DNA of 64,000 bases from IMG/VR virus record IMGVR_UViG_3300045988_074170; one strand, 5' to 3'. Source of the stretch: a virus. This document shows positions 8,458 to 16,822 of the stretch, piece after piece. The translations under genes were made by a program, and so were the position numbers. The stretch's first letter is position 1. Each line of letters opens with the position of its first letter. Below the pieces are notes generated by a model, which was not told the DNA's origin, did not search any database, and worked only from the letters and a program-made list of their open reading frames with translations.

Positions 8458-8991
8458 TTATCGGTAATCCTGATTGAATACAGCGGATAAATTCTTTCCG
8501 TTTGCGCCCACCATCCCAAGGAAGCGATATGCGAGATTGATTAGGAACGCTCTGTCTTTGTTGCGCTGATACGTTATCTTCTTGCGAATGACAGACATCA
8601 CCTTTGCGAACTTGATTCCGCTGTCGAGTGTAACATACTCGTGACTGAACTCGCTCACCACCCATACGTTGATGATAACGTCTCCCCACTGAAAGAGATA
8701 CGGCTTATGCTTCCATGTCACTTTGTCCATACGACGTTCAGCGTTGGAGAGATAATCCTCATGCTCCTTCATCTGATACATCGATTGTTTCTGAGAGTCC
8801 GACAGTAACTTGAAGATACTCTGTTCCTGTTCGGGTGTACATTTGACTTCCATGTCGATGTCGTGAGGTTCAGCCGTTTCCATACCCAACTCGTGAAGAG
8901 CGAGTGAACCCACAATCAAGAAGTCCATACCGTGTGCGTCAAGCACTGATTTACGAAAGCCGTCCAAGGCTGTTTTAATTCTTGTTTCCAT
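8458..8991 (-). CDS. possible minimal nucleotidyltransferase-fold protein
   Basis: DFLIVGSLALHELGMETAEPHDIDMEV resembles the G[SG]-x(n)-DxD signature of pol-beta-type NTases. The call is weak. Confidence 0.35.
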   Translation of the reverse strand: METRIKTALDGFRKSVLDAHGMDFLIVGSLALHELGMETAEPHDIDMEVKCTPEQEQSIFKLLSDSQKQSMYQMKEHEDYLSNAERRMDKVTWKHKPYLFQWGDVIINVWVVSEFSHEYVTLDSGIKFAKVMSVIRKKITYQRNKDRAFLINLAYRFLGMVGANGKNLSAVFNQDYR

Positions 8992-9040
8992 ACGAAATTA
9001 TTTGTTGATGTTAAAGATACGTGATTTCTCCGGAGTCAGG

Positions 9041-9607
9041 TTACAGTCCTCGAGACTGAATTATCGCTTTAAGACGACTGCTATATCCCTTCTTCTCCGC
9101 ATAAACTTTGTCTAAATAGGCGAAATATTCGTCCTTTGTGAGCCGTCGGGCAAATGTACTCTGCCATATAGCATAGTCGGCTATACACTCCCGCCACGAG
9201 TTGAAACGGGCATGACCTAACATAGTTCCGACAGCCAGAGTGGGACGGCTTCCGGGAACTTTCATTCCCAGACAGTTGTACCCCTCTACAAACAGTTTAG
9301 AAGTGAAGCCTCCGGACTCCTCAATACATTGCGCCATGACGATGTCCGGATGGTCAATCCTCAACTTGAAGATATAATCATACACCTCGTCAAAGAGCGT
9401 TTCGGGTACAGGCTCCACAGCCTGTTCTTCAGCAACCTCACAACCAAACGCTGGCTGAGATGGTACGGGTTCTGTCGCATCACACGACCGTATCACAAGA
9501 ATGATTAGAATTGACAGCAAAAGAACCGCAAGCCCACGCCACATTCTTTTGAGATACTTCTGTTTAGGCATATTTCCGCCTGGATAGATTGTTTCTGTTT
9601 CCAGCAT
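9041..9607 (-). CDS. glucosaminidase-domain cell-wall hydrolase (probable endolysin) with an N-terminal membrane anchor
   Basis: The TM segment is GLAVLLLSILIILVI. IVMAQCIEESGGFTSKLFVEGYNCLGMK resembles the mannosyl-glycoprotein endo-beta-N-acetylglucosaminidase motif. An alternative start is at 9571. Confidence 0.65.
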   Translation of the reverse strand: MLETETIYPGGNMPKQKYLKRMWRGLAVLLLSILIILVIRSCDATEPVPSQPAFGCEVAEEQAVEPVPETLFDEVYDYIFKLRIDHPDIVMAQCIEESGGFTSKLFVEGYNCLGMKVPGSRPTLAVGTMLGHARFNSWRECIADYAIWQSTFARRLTKDEYFAYLDKVYAEKKGYSSRLKAIIQSRGL

Positions 9608-9623
9608 AACTTCTCATTTTGGT

Positions 9624-9725
9624 TTATAATAATAGAAAAACTCCTATCATGAGAAGAGCCAAGATACAGCCTAACAGCATAGCACCCATGCACATCACAA
9701 AGGCAATGATAAGAGCGTTCTTCAC
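9624..9725 (-). CDS. possible 33-aa hydrophobic peptide upstream of the lysin (GTG start)
   Basis: The ORF reads (V/M)KNALIIAFVMCMGAMLLGCILALLMIGVFLLL and is a single TM-like segment. The start codon is uncertain. Confidence 0.2.
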   Translation of the reverse strand: MKNALIIAFVMCMGAMLLGCILALLMIGVFLLL

Positions 9726-9796
9726 TCTTCCCCTGTAATACGAACGACACGCTCGACAGGCTGCTTCATTCACGCACATACATTTCCGGCATCTTC

Positions 9797-10261
9797 TCAT
9801 GATGGTATTCTTTTTATAGTGTGACCATATTCACCCCAGATTGTCTCGAGAACTTTCAGAGCGAACTGTTCTTGTAATTTCTTCTCTTTCTCAATATCCG
9901 TTGACAGCCTGTACTGCTCACGATGTTGTTCATTCCATCCAAGCGTGTCAGCAAAGACCTTGAACGCTGGTTCGGTGAAATAGGAACAGACACTCACATG
10001 ACGACCAAACCTTGTATCGTCAGCCACTATAATCTCCCAACAGTATTTGTCAGACACACGTAGATACTCAGCAGCGTCGCCAAGTAAGCCTTCTCCAAGT
10101 TTCGGGAGGACGTGTATCTGACGAGTATGTCCGGGGGTGAACACTTCCTGAAGTTTTAACAGGTAGTTTCCCGCTGACTTCACAGGCGAGTCAAACTGCT
10201 CAATCGCCTTTTGAATGTTTCTCCATGTCCCGTAGGACAGACCGTTCATATTCACCATCAT
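9797..10261 (-). CDS. hypothetical protein (154 aa)
   Basis: ORF in the array. Confidence 0.55.
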   Translation of the reverse strand: MMVNMNGLSYGTWRNIQKAIEQFDSPVKSAGNYLLKLQEVFTPGHTRQIHVLPKLGEGLLGDAAEYLRVSDKYCWEIIVADDTRFGRHVSVCSYFTEPAFKVFADTLGWNEQHREQYRLSTDIEKEKKLQEQFALKVLETIWGEYGHTIKRIPS

Positions 10262-10279
10262 AATCTATTTTCCTTTCTA

Positions 10280-10771
10280 TTAATCGAGTTCGTTTACAAC
10301 TAAATCCTCAGGGTCGAATAAGGACGGATATTCATCCATACCCTGCTTAACATCAAACGTGAAGTCCAACTCATACGTCTCATCGATGACGCAGAACTGC
10401 TGAGCGATTTTGCTCCACCTGATGACATTCTTCGGCAACCACGCTACTCCCAACTCTTTATTCATCACTCGCCAAGCCTTATCCGTACAGTGAGTGACGG
10501 CAGCAGTACGCATACGTCCTTCGTGTAGGAAGCGCACAAGACCGCTTCGGAACGTGTACCTGCGCATATAAGGTCTTTCGGGTGGTAGTTGTGGGGTGAT
10601 AGGAGCCTCTTTTGGCGTCTCTACGACCGTTTCAGTGGGAAGGTCTGATAAGTGTCCGCGAAGGGATACATTCCCTCCCTCAAGAAACTCTATTGAGTCG
10701 TAGATTACTTGTTTGACAGTGCCGTCACTGAACGTAACGGTCACTGGCTTATTATTCTGATTGATTTCCAT
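10280..10771 (-). CDS. hypothetical protein (163 aa)
   Basis: ORF in the array. Confidence 0.55.
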   Translation of the reverse strand: MEINQNNKPVTVTFSDGTVKQVIYDSIEFLEGGNVSLRGHLSDLPTETVVETPKEAPITPQLPPERPYMRRYTFRSGLVRFLHEGRMRTAAVTHCTDKAWRVMNKELGVAWLPKNVIRWSKIAQQFCVIDETYELDFTFDVKQGMDEYPSLFDPEDLVVNELD

Positions 10772-10778
10772 ATCGGGA

Positions 10779-11096
10779 TTATTTTGAAATGTACATACTA
10801 TTCAGCGGAGACTCTATCATGCGATACAGTACGAGCGTCCCTGTCTCAACGCATTTAATCATGATATCCCACACGAAACGAGGCTGTCCAAGTATAGGAG
10901 GATATTCATTAGCGATTATCTCGTAATGATTTTCGCTCCCTACAAACCATTCACCTCTTTCAGTGAGGTCAATAATTGTTTGCATTTGCATTTGCGCTTT
11001 TCTCAGCGAAGTAATTGAAAACGCCACGTCAGCGATACCCCAAACCCCATTTATTTGTTGGGCGGTGATGATGTTGTAAACTGATTTCTGTCCCAT
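10779..11096 (-). CDS. hypothetical protein (105 aa; start trimmed)
   Basis: The ORF-track start at 11150 lies inside the promoter module. The next ATG, at 11096 (MGQKSVYN), is downstream of the -7 box. Confidence 0.5.
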   Translation of the reverse strand: MGQKSVYNIITAQQINGVWGIADVAFSITSLRKAQMQMQTIIDLTERGEWFVGSENHYEIIANEYPPILGQPRFVWDIMIKCVETGTLVLYRMIESPLNSMYISK

Positions 11097-11125
11097 AACC
11101 AAATGATTTAAATTGTTTGACGGAA

Positions 11126-11156
11126 CAAATATAGTGGCATTATTTGACATTCCAAA
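11126..11156 (-). promoter_or_regulatory. Bacteroidota-type promoter (TTTG-N19-TATATTTG)
   Basis: -33 TTTG at 11156..11153; -7 TATATTTG at 11133..11126. Confidence 0.65.
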
Positions 11157-11362
11157 GAGTTTCCCGATAAATTCGTCAAAATTTTTCCAAACAGGCTACT
11201 GGGGTCGGCTTATACGAGTGATTTTATTCTTCCGACGCTCGTACCGTTCATTCCTGATGAACATTCTGTTCTCGTGAAGAGCCTCAACTTTGGCTCTCCA
11301 GTAATCCCTTTCAGCCGTGATACGGTTGATTAACCGTATCATCAGCATGGCTTTATTTACTT

Positions 11363-11797
11363 TCATAAGACTTCAATGATTTGTTCAATGTGAAACTTCC
11401 TGACCTTCCCCTCTTCCAAGTCCTTCCCGGACAGGTGCTGCCCTCGTCTTTCGTCTATCTTTATCACACGATAGGCTCTTTTAGGAAGTACCATCCGTCC
11501 GGGAATATGTTTGTCAGGCATACCAAACTCTTCGAAACATACTCTAACAGTATCCCCGACCTTTACCCTGTCACACATTTCCTCGAAACTCTTGAAGTCG
11601 AACACAGGGGTTCCGGCTTCTGAATGGTTTAGGAACTTCGTCAACTCGTCACGGAGGTTTCTCACCTCTCCCATGGACATCACCTGAAAGAACGATGCCG
11701 TCGTTCCGTCGGTGATTCCTACTTTCACGGTTCGCCCATACTTATCAGGCTCTTCCGTCTGAATGATTGGTTTCAATGTCTTCATCTTTATCTTCAT
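11363..11797 (-). CDS. hypothetical protein (144 aa)
   Basis: ORF that overlaps the 3' end of the upstream gene. Confidence 0.5.
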   Translation of the reverse strand: MKIKMKTLKPIIQTEEPDKYGRTVKVGITDGTTASFFQVMSMGEVRNLRDELTKFLNHSEAGTPVFDFKSFEEMCDRVKVGDTVRVCFEEFGMPDKHIPGRMVLPKRAYRVIKIDERRGQHLSGKDLEEGKVRKFHIEQIIEVL

Positions 11798-11984
11798 TTA
11801 TAAACTGTTTCATAAACGGACAATCATCTCCACAGGGGTAAACCGTACCATCACCTCCTGGGTCTTGCCACGTAGGTAAGGCACGCAAGTCGGCTGTGCA
11901 ACACGTTTGACCATCTCCGAGGAGAGTAGTATTGAAATGCTCACAAGTTCTTCTGTGCGCTTCTATTTGTTCTTTCGTCTTCAT
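11745..11984 (-). CDS. small Cys-rich protein (start trimmed to the ATG at 11984)
   Basis: Reads MKTKEQIEAHRRTCEHFNTTLLGDGQTCCTADL...CGDDCPFM. The ORF-track start at 11993 is a GTG. Confidence 0.5.
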   Translation of the reverse strand: MKTKEQIEAHRRTCEHFNTTLLGDGQTCCTADLRALPTWQDPGGDGTVYPCGDDCPFMKQFINEDKDEDIETNHSDGRA

Positions 11985-12024
11985 GACCACCACTGATTTT
12001 TAACAACTTTCATATAATAGTTTC

Positions 12025-12750
12025 TTACGACATCTGGACTGGCGTTGGCATAGAACGCTGGAGAATCGCAGAAGTTATCGAAGAACGGCTTGGTAATCCC
12101 CCCCCCCTGCGGAACTCCGCTTCTATCAGGTTCTCGAACCGTCCTTGGGCTTCCACCCACTGTACTTCCTTGGGTACAGGCTCAACCGCAATCTTTCGTA
12201 GGAGCACATTCAGCAAGTCTTCAGGGTCGAAGATGTTGAGTCCCTCAAGATACTCCGTGAGATTTAAGCCTGTTGGGATTTCGTCCTTGAAACAATGCGT
12301 AGGGATTTTTGCGTTTCTGATTGAATCAATCTTCGTGTCCCACGTCGACTTGTTAAGTTCTATCCATTCACGTTCATCAGGACGAGTGTCGTAGATTGTG
12401 AAGTATCTGTCCCGCTCGTTCTCGTTCGGGTAAATCATCAGATACGACATCCCGAGGTTGTCGAACACTTCACGTGCCTTCGGGTGCATAGCACACACGA
12501 CAATCTGACCTCGCTCAATAGCCTCAACACAGAACCGAGCATAGTTTTCAGGGAAGTCAGGATTAACGATGCCTTTCTTCTTGTCGGTGTAATACTGTTT
12601 CGAGAAGAACCCGTCAATGAATGTAGGGTGAATCATCGTAAGATATGTCTTGCCGATACCAGGATATCCGCACACCGCATTAATCTTACCATCAAGGAAC
12701 GCTCGACGTATCGCCAAGCGGTTCTCCGTCATTGTTACAGGCTTGTCCAT
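12025..12750 (-). CDS. P-loop NTPase; the C-terminus is uncertain because of an internal G10 run
   Basis: Walker A is CGYPGIGKTY. The G10 run at 12098..12107 lies in the codons for RRGGG. See the finding on the alternative frame that ends in an ATGA overlap at 11984..11981. Confidence 0.6.
   Translation of the reverse strand: MDKPVTMTENRLAIRRAFLDGKINAVCGYPGIGKTYLTMIHPTFIDGFFSKQYYTDKKKGIVNPDFPENYARFCVEAIERGQIVVCAMHPKAREVFDNLGMSYLMIYPNENERDRYFTIYDTRPDEREWIELNKSTWDTKIDSIRNAKIPTHCFKDEIPTGLNLTEYLEGLNIFDPEDLLNVLLRKIAVEPVPKEVQWVEAQGRFENLIEAEFRRGGGLPSRSSITSAILQRSMPTPVQMS
12098..12107 (-). repeat. Homopolymer C10 on the plus strand (G10 in the sense strand) inside a coding region
   Basis: Counted directly: c at 12098..12107. 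Confidence 0.95.
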
Positions 12751-12755
12751 GACTC

Positions 12756-12989
12756 CTAAATTTTCTTCTGAAGTTTCAGCCGTGTAATAGCGTCCTTGCG
12801 GGAGTAAGCCATAATCGTATGACCTTTCACAGTGAACTCCCTCAACTCACGAACAACGGGTTTCGGCTTCCGTTGATTATCATTACGTCGAACCCCTGTA
12901 TTGCGTCGAGGAGTTCTGAATGGGTCACTCGATTGTGCTGCCGCCATCATCAGAGCGGTCATCAGCAACATTCTTTTCATTCTTGCCAT
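12756..12989 (-). CDS. small secreted basic protein
   Basis: MARMKRMLLMTALMMAAAQS looks like a signal peptide. Confidence 0.5.
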   Translation of the reverse strand: MARMKRMLLMTALMMAAAQSSDPFRTPRRNTGVRRNDNQRKPKPVVRELREFTVKGHTIMAYSRKDAITRLKLQKKI

Positions 12990-13131
12990 AATCGTCTTTG
13001 ATTTTTATATAGTTTCTACATCTATAATATCGTATCTTGTCTCGACAGTAACCGCCATAGGCACAGGTCTCACAGAGCGCAACCTTTCCTTCACGGTTCT
13101 TACCATATAGGGAAGTGTCCTCTTCGTTCAT
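12925..13131 (-). CDS. possible small Cys-rich protein (68 aa)
   Basis: The ATG at 13131 forms an ATGA overlap with the stop of 13128..13328. It reads MNEEDTSLYGKNREGKVALCETCAYGGYCRDKIRYYRC. It overlaps the next gene by 65 nt, so the call is uncertain. Confidence 0.3.
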   Translation of the reverse strand: MNEEDTSLYGKNREGKVALCETCAYGGYCRDKIRYYRCRNYIKIKDDYGKNEKNVADDRSDDGGSTIE

Positions 13132-13328
13132 GGTTTCACTCGTCTGAGATAAATACCTTCTCCCTGCGGGAGTTTTCCATGCTCTCTGATATAGTTGTCT
13201 CGATGCTTTATGCAAAGGTCGCTGCGACAAGCGCAGACCGACCCCTCGAAGCAACACGGGTAACAAGATGGGTTCTTCTGACCCAAGCGTATTTCGTACC
13301 CATCCTCTATGGTGATTAGTTTGCTCAT
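13128..13328 (-). CDS. small Cys-rich (zinc-binding-like) protein
   Basis: Contains CYPCCFEGSVCACRSDLC. It is more protein-like than the overlapping alternative frame. Confidence 0.45.
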   Translation of the reverse strand: MSKLITIEDGYEIRLGQKNPSCYPCCFEGSVCACRSDLCIKHRDNYIREHGKLPQGEGIYLRRVKP

Positions 13329-13430
13329 GATATATTGGATTAATCATTCTCGATGTCTATATTCGAATAAACGTAGTGCCCCCAGTATCAGAAGCACTGC
13401 GAATGTCAGGATTTCCTTCATGACTGAGCC

Positions 13431-14099
13431 TTATTTAGTTCCCAGAGCCTTGTTAGCTCTTTCGATTTTACGCTTCAGAGAAGCGATACGGTGGCGGATA
13501 GCCTTGGCGTCTTCCTTTGACAGTTTAGCGAACTCCTCAGCATTAGCAACCAGAGCTTCTTTCTCAGCCAGTTCAGCGGAGTAGGTAGAGAGGCGAGCCT
13601 CAGCGTCACCAACACGGGGAGCGGACTTCTTTTCACCCTCTACAGAGGCTTTCTTTTCCTGTTTGGGAGCCTTGTCAGCCTTTGCCTTCTTATTGGCTTT
13701 AGAGGCTTCTCTGACCTCCTCTTCGCTCTTTAACGGCTGGGCTGGCTTAATAAGTTCAGCGGTATTCTTTGCGATTTCAGCCTGACGACGACGTTCTTCA
13801 CGTTCTGCCTTTTCTTCTTCACGGTGACGAGCCTCAATAGCAGCGTCGCGGAGGCCAGTATAGATGATGTAGAAGCGGTGATAAGCGTCGAACAGTTCTT
13901 TCTTGCTGTTGGCTTCGGTGTACTCCTGAGGTGAGAACAGGCTGTTAAGACCTTTGATAGCAGCACAGATGTCATTGATAGCAGCGACCATGTTAGGTTT
14001 GCTGATGTACTTCATTGCCTTCTTTTCGTTAAGCATATCTTCGTTAATTACGAAAGAAGTTACATTCTCGGAAGCGATGTTGTTTACAGTTGTCTTCAT
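13431..14099 (-). CDS. Lys/Glu/Ala-rich coiled-coil protein (start trimmed)
   Basis: The ORF-track start at 14126 reads through the conserved TGTCAAA leader. The ATG at 14099 (MKTTVNN) is preceded by the AAATTAGAATT box. The C-terminal half contains KANKKAKADKAPKQEKKAS. Confidence 0.6.
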   Translation of the reverse strand: MKTTVNNIASENVTSFVINEDMLNEKKAMKYISKPNMVAAINDICAAIKGLNSLFSPQEYTEANSKKELFDAYHRFYIIYTGLRDAAIEARHREEEKAEREERRRQAEIAKNTAELIKPAQPLKSEEEVREASKANKKAKADKAPKQEKKASVEGEKKSAPRVGDAEARLSTYSAELAEKEALVANAEEFAKLSKEDAKAIRHRIASLKRKIERANKALGTK

Positions 14100-14147
14100 A
14101 ATTCTAATTTTTAATTTGTTTGACATTGTTGATTTAATTTGACATTA

Positions 14148-14178
14148 CAAATGTAGTGGTTTCAATTGAATCAGCAAA
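14148..14178 (-). promoter_or_regulatory. Bacteroidota-type promoter (TTTG-N19-TACATTTG)
   Basis: -33 at 14178..14175; -7 at 14155..14148. Confidence 0.7.
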
Positions 14179-14207
14179 GAATTTATCCGGAAATTCTTCA
14201 AAAATTT

Positions 14208-14519
14208 TCAAGATTTTTCTGAAATCGTCTCTACGCTCCACTTAAACCGCTCCGGATAAAACTGGGCATTGTAACGAACTTCCTGGAACGGGTGCTTGTC
14301 AGCCAGAATCTTCAGGGTCTCTTCGAGGAACTTCTTAGGAATACCTATATGAGTATCATCGATAGGAGTAACCACACGTTTCGGGAGCCACCTGCTAAAG
14401 TAGAACTCCTTTCCCTCACCGCATATAGGGTGTCCGGGATGTTCGACTATCCAAAACGTCACGCAGTATTTCACAGCCTTGTCGGTCTCACCGACCTTTC
14501 TTACAGTCAGAGTTCTCAT
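14208..14519 (-). CDS. hypothetical protein (103 aa)
   Basis: ORF with a 4-nt overlap to the upstream gene. Confidence 0.55.
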   Translation of the reverse strand: MRTLTVRKVGETDKAVKYCVTFWIVEHPGHPICGEGKEFYFSRWLPKRVVTPIDDTHIGIPKKFLEETLKILADKHPFQEVRYNAQFYPERFKWSVETISEKS

Positions 14520-14809
14520 AGCTTAATCTTTTGAGTAATATGAAGTTCCCCACTATATCCTCTTGCTTTGAGTTCCTCCATAAGTTGTCGGGGAGTAAAC
14601 TTTGCCAACTCAGGATTCGAATAAACAGGATGAATCTTCAGAGGGCGATTCGCTGACTGTTCGTTCTTTTGATTTTGCCTTCTCTTCTTACGCTGTTCAC
14701 TTCTGCACGCTCCACAGGTAGAGTCATGCCCATCCGCATACTGGGGATGCTTGTGAAATTCATTGATTGGTTTAATTGCATGACACGTTTTACATCCTTT
14801 TGTTTCCAT
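14516..14809 (-). CDS. zinc-ribbon protein
   Basis: CKTCHAIKPINEF...DSTCGACRSE forms two CxxC pairs. Confidence 0.5.
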   Translation of the reverse strand: METKGCKTCHAIKPINEFHKHPQYADGHDSTCGACRSEQRKKRRQNQKNEQSANRPLKIHPVYSNPELAKFTPRQLMEELKARGYSGELHITQKIKL

Positions 14810-14825
14810 ATTATCTTAGTTTTAA

Positions 14826-15023
14826 TTATCCCCATATTACATAGTTCAAAAATCTTACCACACCGTCCCACCATTCGAAGAACAGTTTCAACCCCCACAG
14901 GATTAGGAACACGAACACGGCTATCCAGAACCGCTGCCACCACACCCTGTATTTCTTTACTAAATTCTTTCTTCCGAAGCGTCCCCAGAAGAAGTTCATG
15001 ATTGCCCAAATTACTCTTTCCAT
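14826..15023 (-). CDS. small membrane protein (65 aa)
   Basis: W-rich sequence with the hydrophobic segment FWIAVFVFLILWGLKLFF. Confidence 0.45.
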   Translation of the reverse strand: MERVIWAIMNFFWGRFGRKNLVKKYRVWWQRFWIAVFVFLILWGLKLFFEWWDGVVRFLNYVIWG

Positions 15024-15036
15024 GATTATTTGTCTT

Positions 15037-15324
15037 TTAAAGTGTTATATTATTTTCAACGGCTGCAACAGCCAATATCCATGATTGCTTGTCACTGATG
15101 AACGCAACTTTCTTTCCGTAGGGGTTCATCGTCTTGTCGACTGTTTCGGCTATCTTAGCAGCGAAGCCGTCTGTCGCCTGTACTTTACTGATGAACTGTC
15201 CGAGGGCATTGAAAGCGATGTCGAAATAGGAGTTGTTATTCCAGCGGTCTGTATCCGCTAAACTCTTAATCTCATTGGCTATTGACTGAGCCTGTTTGTA
15301 TTCTGATGAACCTTTCTGTAACAT
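15037..15324 (-). CDS. hypothetical protein (95 aa)
   Basis: ORF downstream of promoter 15356..15386. Confidence 0.55.
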   Translation of the reverse strand: MLQKGSSEYKQAQSIANEIKSLADTDRWNNNSYFDIAFNALGQFISKVQATDGFAAKIAETVDKTMNPYGKKVAFISDKQSWILAVAAVENNITL

Positions 15325-15355
15325 GATTTGTCCTCCTTGATTTAATTTGACGCTA

Positions 15356-15386
15356 CAAATATACTGTATTCATTTGATATATCAAT
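15356..15386 (-). promoter_or_regulatory. Bacteroidota-type promoter (ATTG-N19-TATATTTG)
   Basis: -7 TATATTTG at 15363..15356. The -33 box is imperfect (ATTG at 15386..15383). Confidence 0.6.
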
Positions 15387-15412
15387 GAAAATCCCCGGAA
15401 AATTCCGGGGAT
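15384..15412 (-). terminator. intrinsic terminator hairpin fused to a promoter
   Basis: Stem atccccgg/ccggggat at 15391..15412. The sense strand continues TTTTCATTG. Confidence 0.6.
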
Positions 15413-15422
15413 TCCTCAAGAT

Positions 15423-16202
15423 TTATTTCTTTAATTGTTTGAGATGAGCTATGTAACGAGTGTGAAGGCATTGTATATTATAGCCACCAGCCAGGATACA
15501 ACTCGTTTTAAAGATGTATCGAGCGTCTTCAGTACGTATCACCCACTCGCCTACATAGTTTCCCTGCTGACCTCTAAAAGAGATGAGGTCGAACGATTGT
15601 ATCTTGTCTTTGATAGGAGTGAGTTTCTTCTCTACCTGTAATTTCAGTTTCGCAGTAGCCTGTTCGATTGTGAGCCGTACCTCTTGGTCACGCTTTGCGT
15701 AGAACTTCTCACGAGACTCGCAGTAGAAGTGAATGCTCAGAACTCCTGAAGCCTGTATTTCCTTGTTACGAATGTATTCCGGCTGGCGGTCGTAACGTAC
15801 TCCAGGAGTGGGTACCATTTCGTCCTCATGAGTGTAACCGCATAGACTGTAATAGGTACGACGGACAGCGGTTTGGTAGATGTGATTGAGTGAGCGAGGG
15901 AAGGACTCTTCATTCTTTTCGAGTTGTTTCGTAGCCTCAGCCACAGCGTCCTCGCGAGATTGATGTTGGCTTACATATTCGCCTGACAGGATTTTCTCGT
16001 ACAGGTTTTTATAAGAAACATAATCACGAATGACTCTTGAGATATTGTTAGCGTACCATTTAGAAGACTGACAGGTTCTTTTCGCTTCCTCGTTACGTTC
16101 CCAACCCTGTTCCCAGAACTTTTCGATAGAGGCTTGAAGTTCGTCAAGTGTCACTTGAGCCGTGGCGAGAACCTCTTGTTGGATTTGACTGATTGTTTTC
16201 AT
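15423..16202 (-). CDS. hypothetical protein (259 aa; start trimmed)
   Basis: The ORF-track start at 16244 lies in the promoter leader. The ATG at 16202 reads MKTISQIQQE. Confidence 0.6.
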   Translation of the reverse strand: MKTISQIQQEVLATAQVTLDELQASIEKFWEQGWERNEEAKRTCQSSKWYANNISRVIRDYVSYKNLYEKILSGEYVSQHQSREDAVAEATKQLEKNEESFPRSLNHIYQTAVRRTYYSLCGYTHEDEMVPTPGVRYDRQPEYIRNKEIQASGVLSIHFYCESREKFYAKRDQEVRLTIEQATAKLKLQVEKKLTPIKDKIQSFDLISFRGQQGNYVGEWVIRTEDARYIFKTSCILAGGYNIQCLHTRYIAHLKQLKK

Positions 16203-16231
16203 ACTGTTATTTCCTTTATTGATTGACAGTA

Positions 16232-16262
16232 CAAATATAGTCATTCCAGATGACTCAGCAAT
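16232..16262 (-). promoter_or_regulatory. Bacteroidota-type promoter (ATTG-N19-TATATTTG)
   Basis: -7 at 16239..16232; -33-like ATTG at 16262..16259. Confidence 0.6.
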
Positions 16263-16296
16263 GAACCATCCGGAATTTTCTTGAAGAATTCTTCGA

Positions 16297-16776
16297 TTAT
16301 TCTCTTAGAAGTTGTATGAGATATCCATCAGCACACGACCTGTTTCCTTTTTCATCCCTTACTTCAAGGCTGAACGGGTTGACTGAACAGCGGAGTTCGT
16401 TTACAGAGTTCTGAAGAGCAGCCATAACCGCTTCACAAATCTTTTCGGCTTTGCTATCGAGACGGCTTTCGTTCTTACCAGCACCACGTGAAGTATAGCC
16501 ACGGAACTGAATGAACTTGAACTTCCCGTCAGACACGAGATGAAGACTCAGACGACCACGATTAGAGGCTTTCTCTTTGTCAGGACGGTTCATAGTGAAT
16601 GAGTCGATTGTCAGGTGTAACTTCGCTAATACAGGTTCCAAGTCATTGATGATTTGTTGAGCGACTACTCCATTAGAAGCAAACTCCTGTAACATACGAT
16701 TGAGGTTCGACATCTCTTTTTCTATCTCTGAACTGTACTGATTGAAGTTTTCGTTAAAATCTTGTGACGTTTTCAT
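16297..16776 (-). CDS. hypothetical protein (start trimmed; alternative start at 16803)
   Basis: The ORF-track start at 16914 reads through the whole promoter module. The ATG at 16776 reads MKTSQDFNEN. Confidence 0.55.
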   Translation of the reverse strand: MKTSQDFNENFNQYSSEIEKEMSNLNRMLQEFASNGVVAQQIINDLEPVLAKLHLTIDSFTMNRPDKEKASNRGRLSLHLVSDGKFKFIQFRGYTSRGAGKNESRLDSKAEKICEAVMAALQNSVNELRCSVNPFSLEVRDEKGNRSCADGYLIQLLRE

Positions 16777-16822
16777 ATCCTTATTTGTTTTAATATTTGA
16801 CATTTGATTTACTTTGATGACA

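Noticed and set aside
8369-8689. ORF 8369..8689 (106 aa), which overlaps 8458..8991.
   Set aside because: It lies out of frame over the 3' end of a longer ORF and runs into the HU promoter region. Its basic, low-complexity translation is probably spurious.
11097-11150. N-terminal extensions in the ORF track that begin at ATGTCAAA or similar: 11150, 14126, 16244, 16914, 19985, 21731 and 40452.
   Set aside because: These start codons lie inside or upstream of the conserved -7 box and GTCAAAT leader of the promoter modules, so they would not be on the mRNA or are only fortuitously in frame. I trimmed each gene to the next ATG.
13132-13347. The upstream half of ORF 12925..13347 (MINPIYHEQTNHHRGW...).
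   Set aside because: It overlaps 13128..13328 in another frame. The latter has a zinc-binding-like Cys pattern, and its stop forms an ATGA overlap with the internal Met at 13131. Only the 12925..13131 part is kept, at low confidence.
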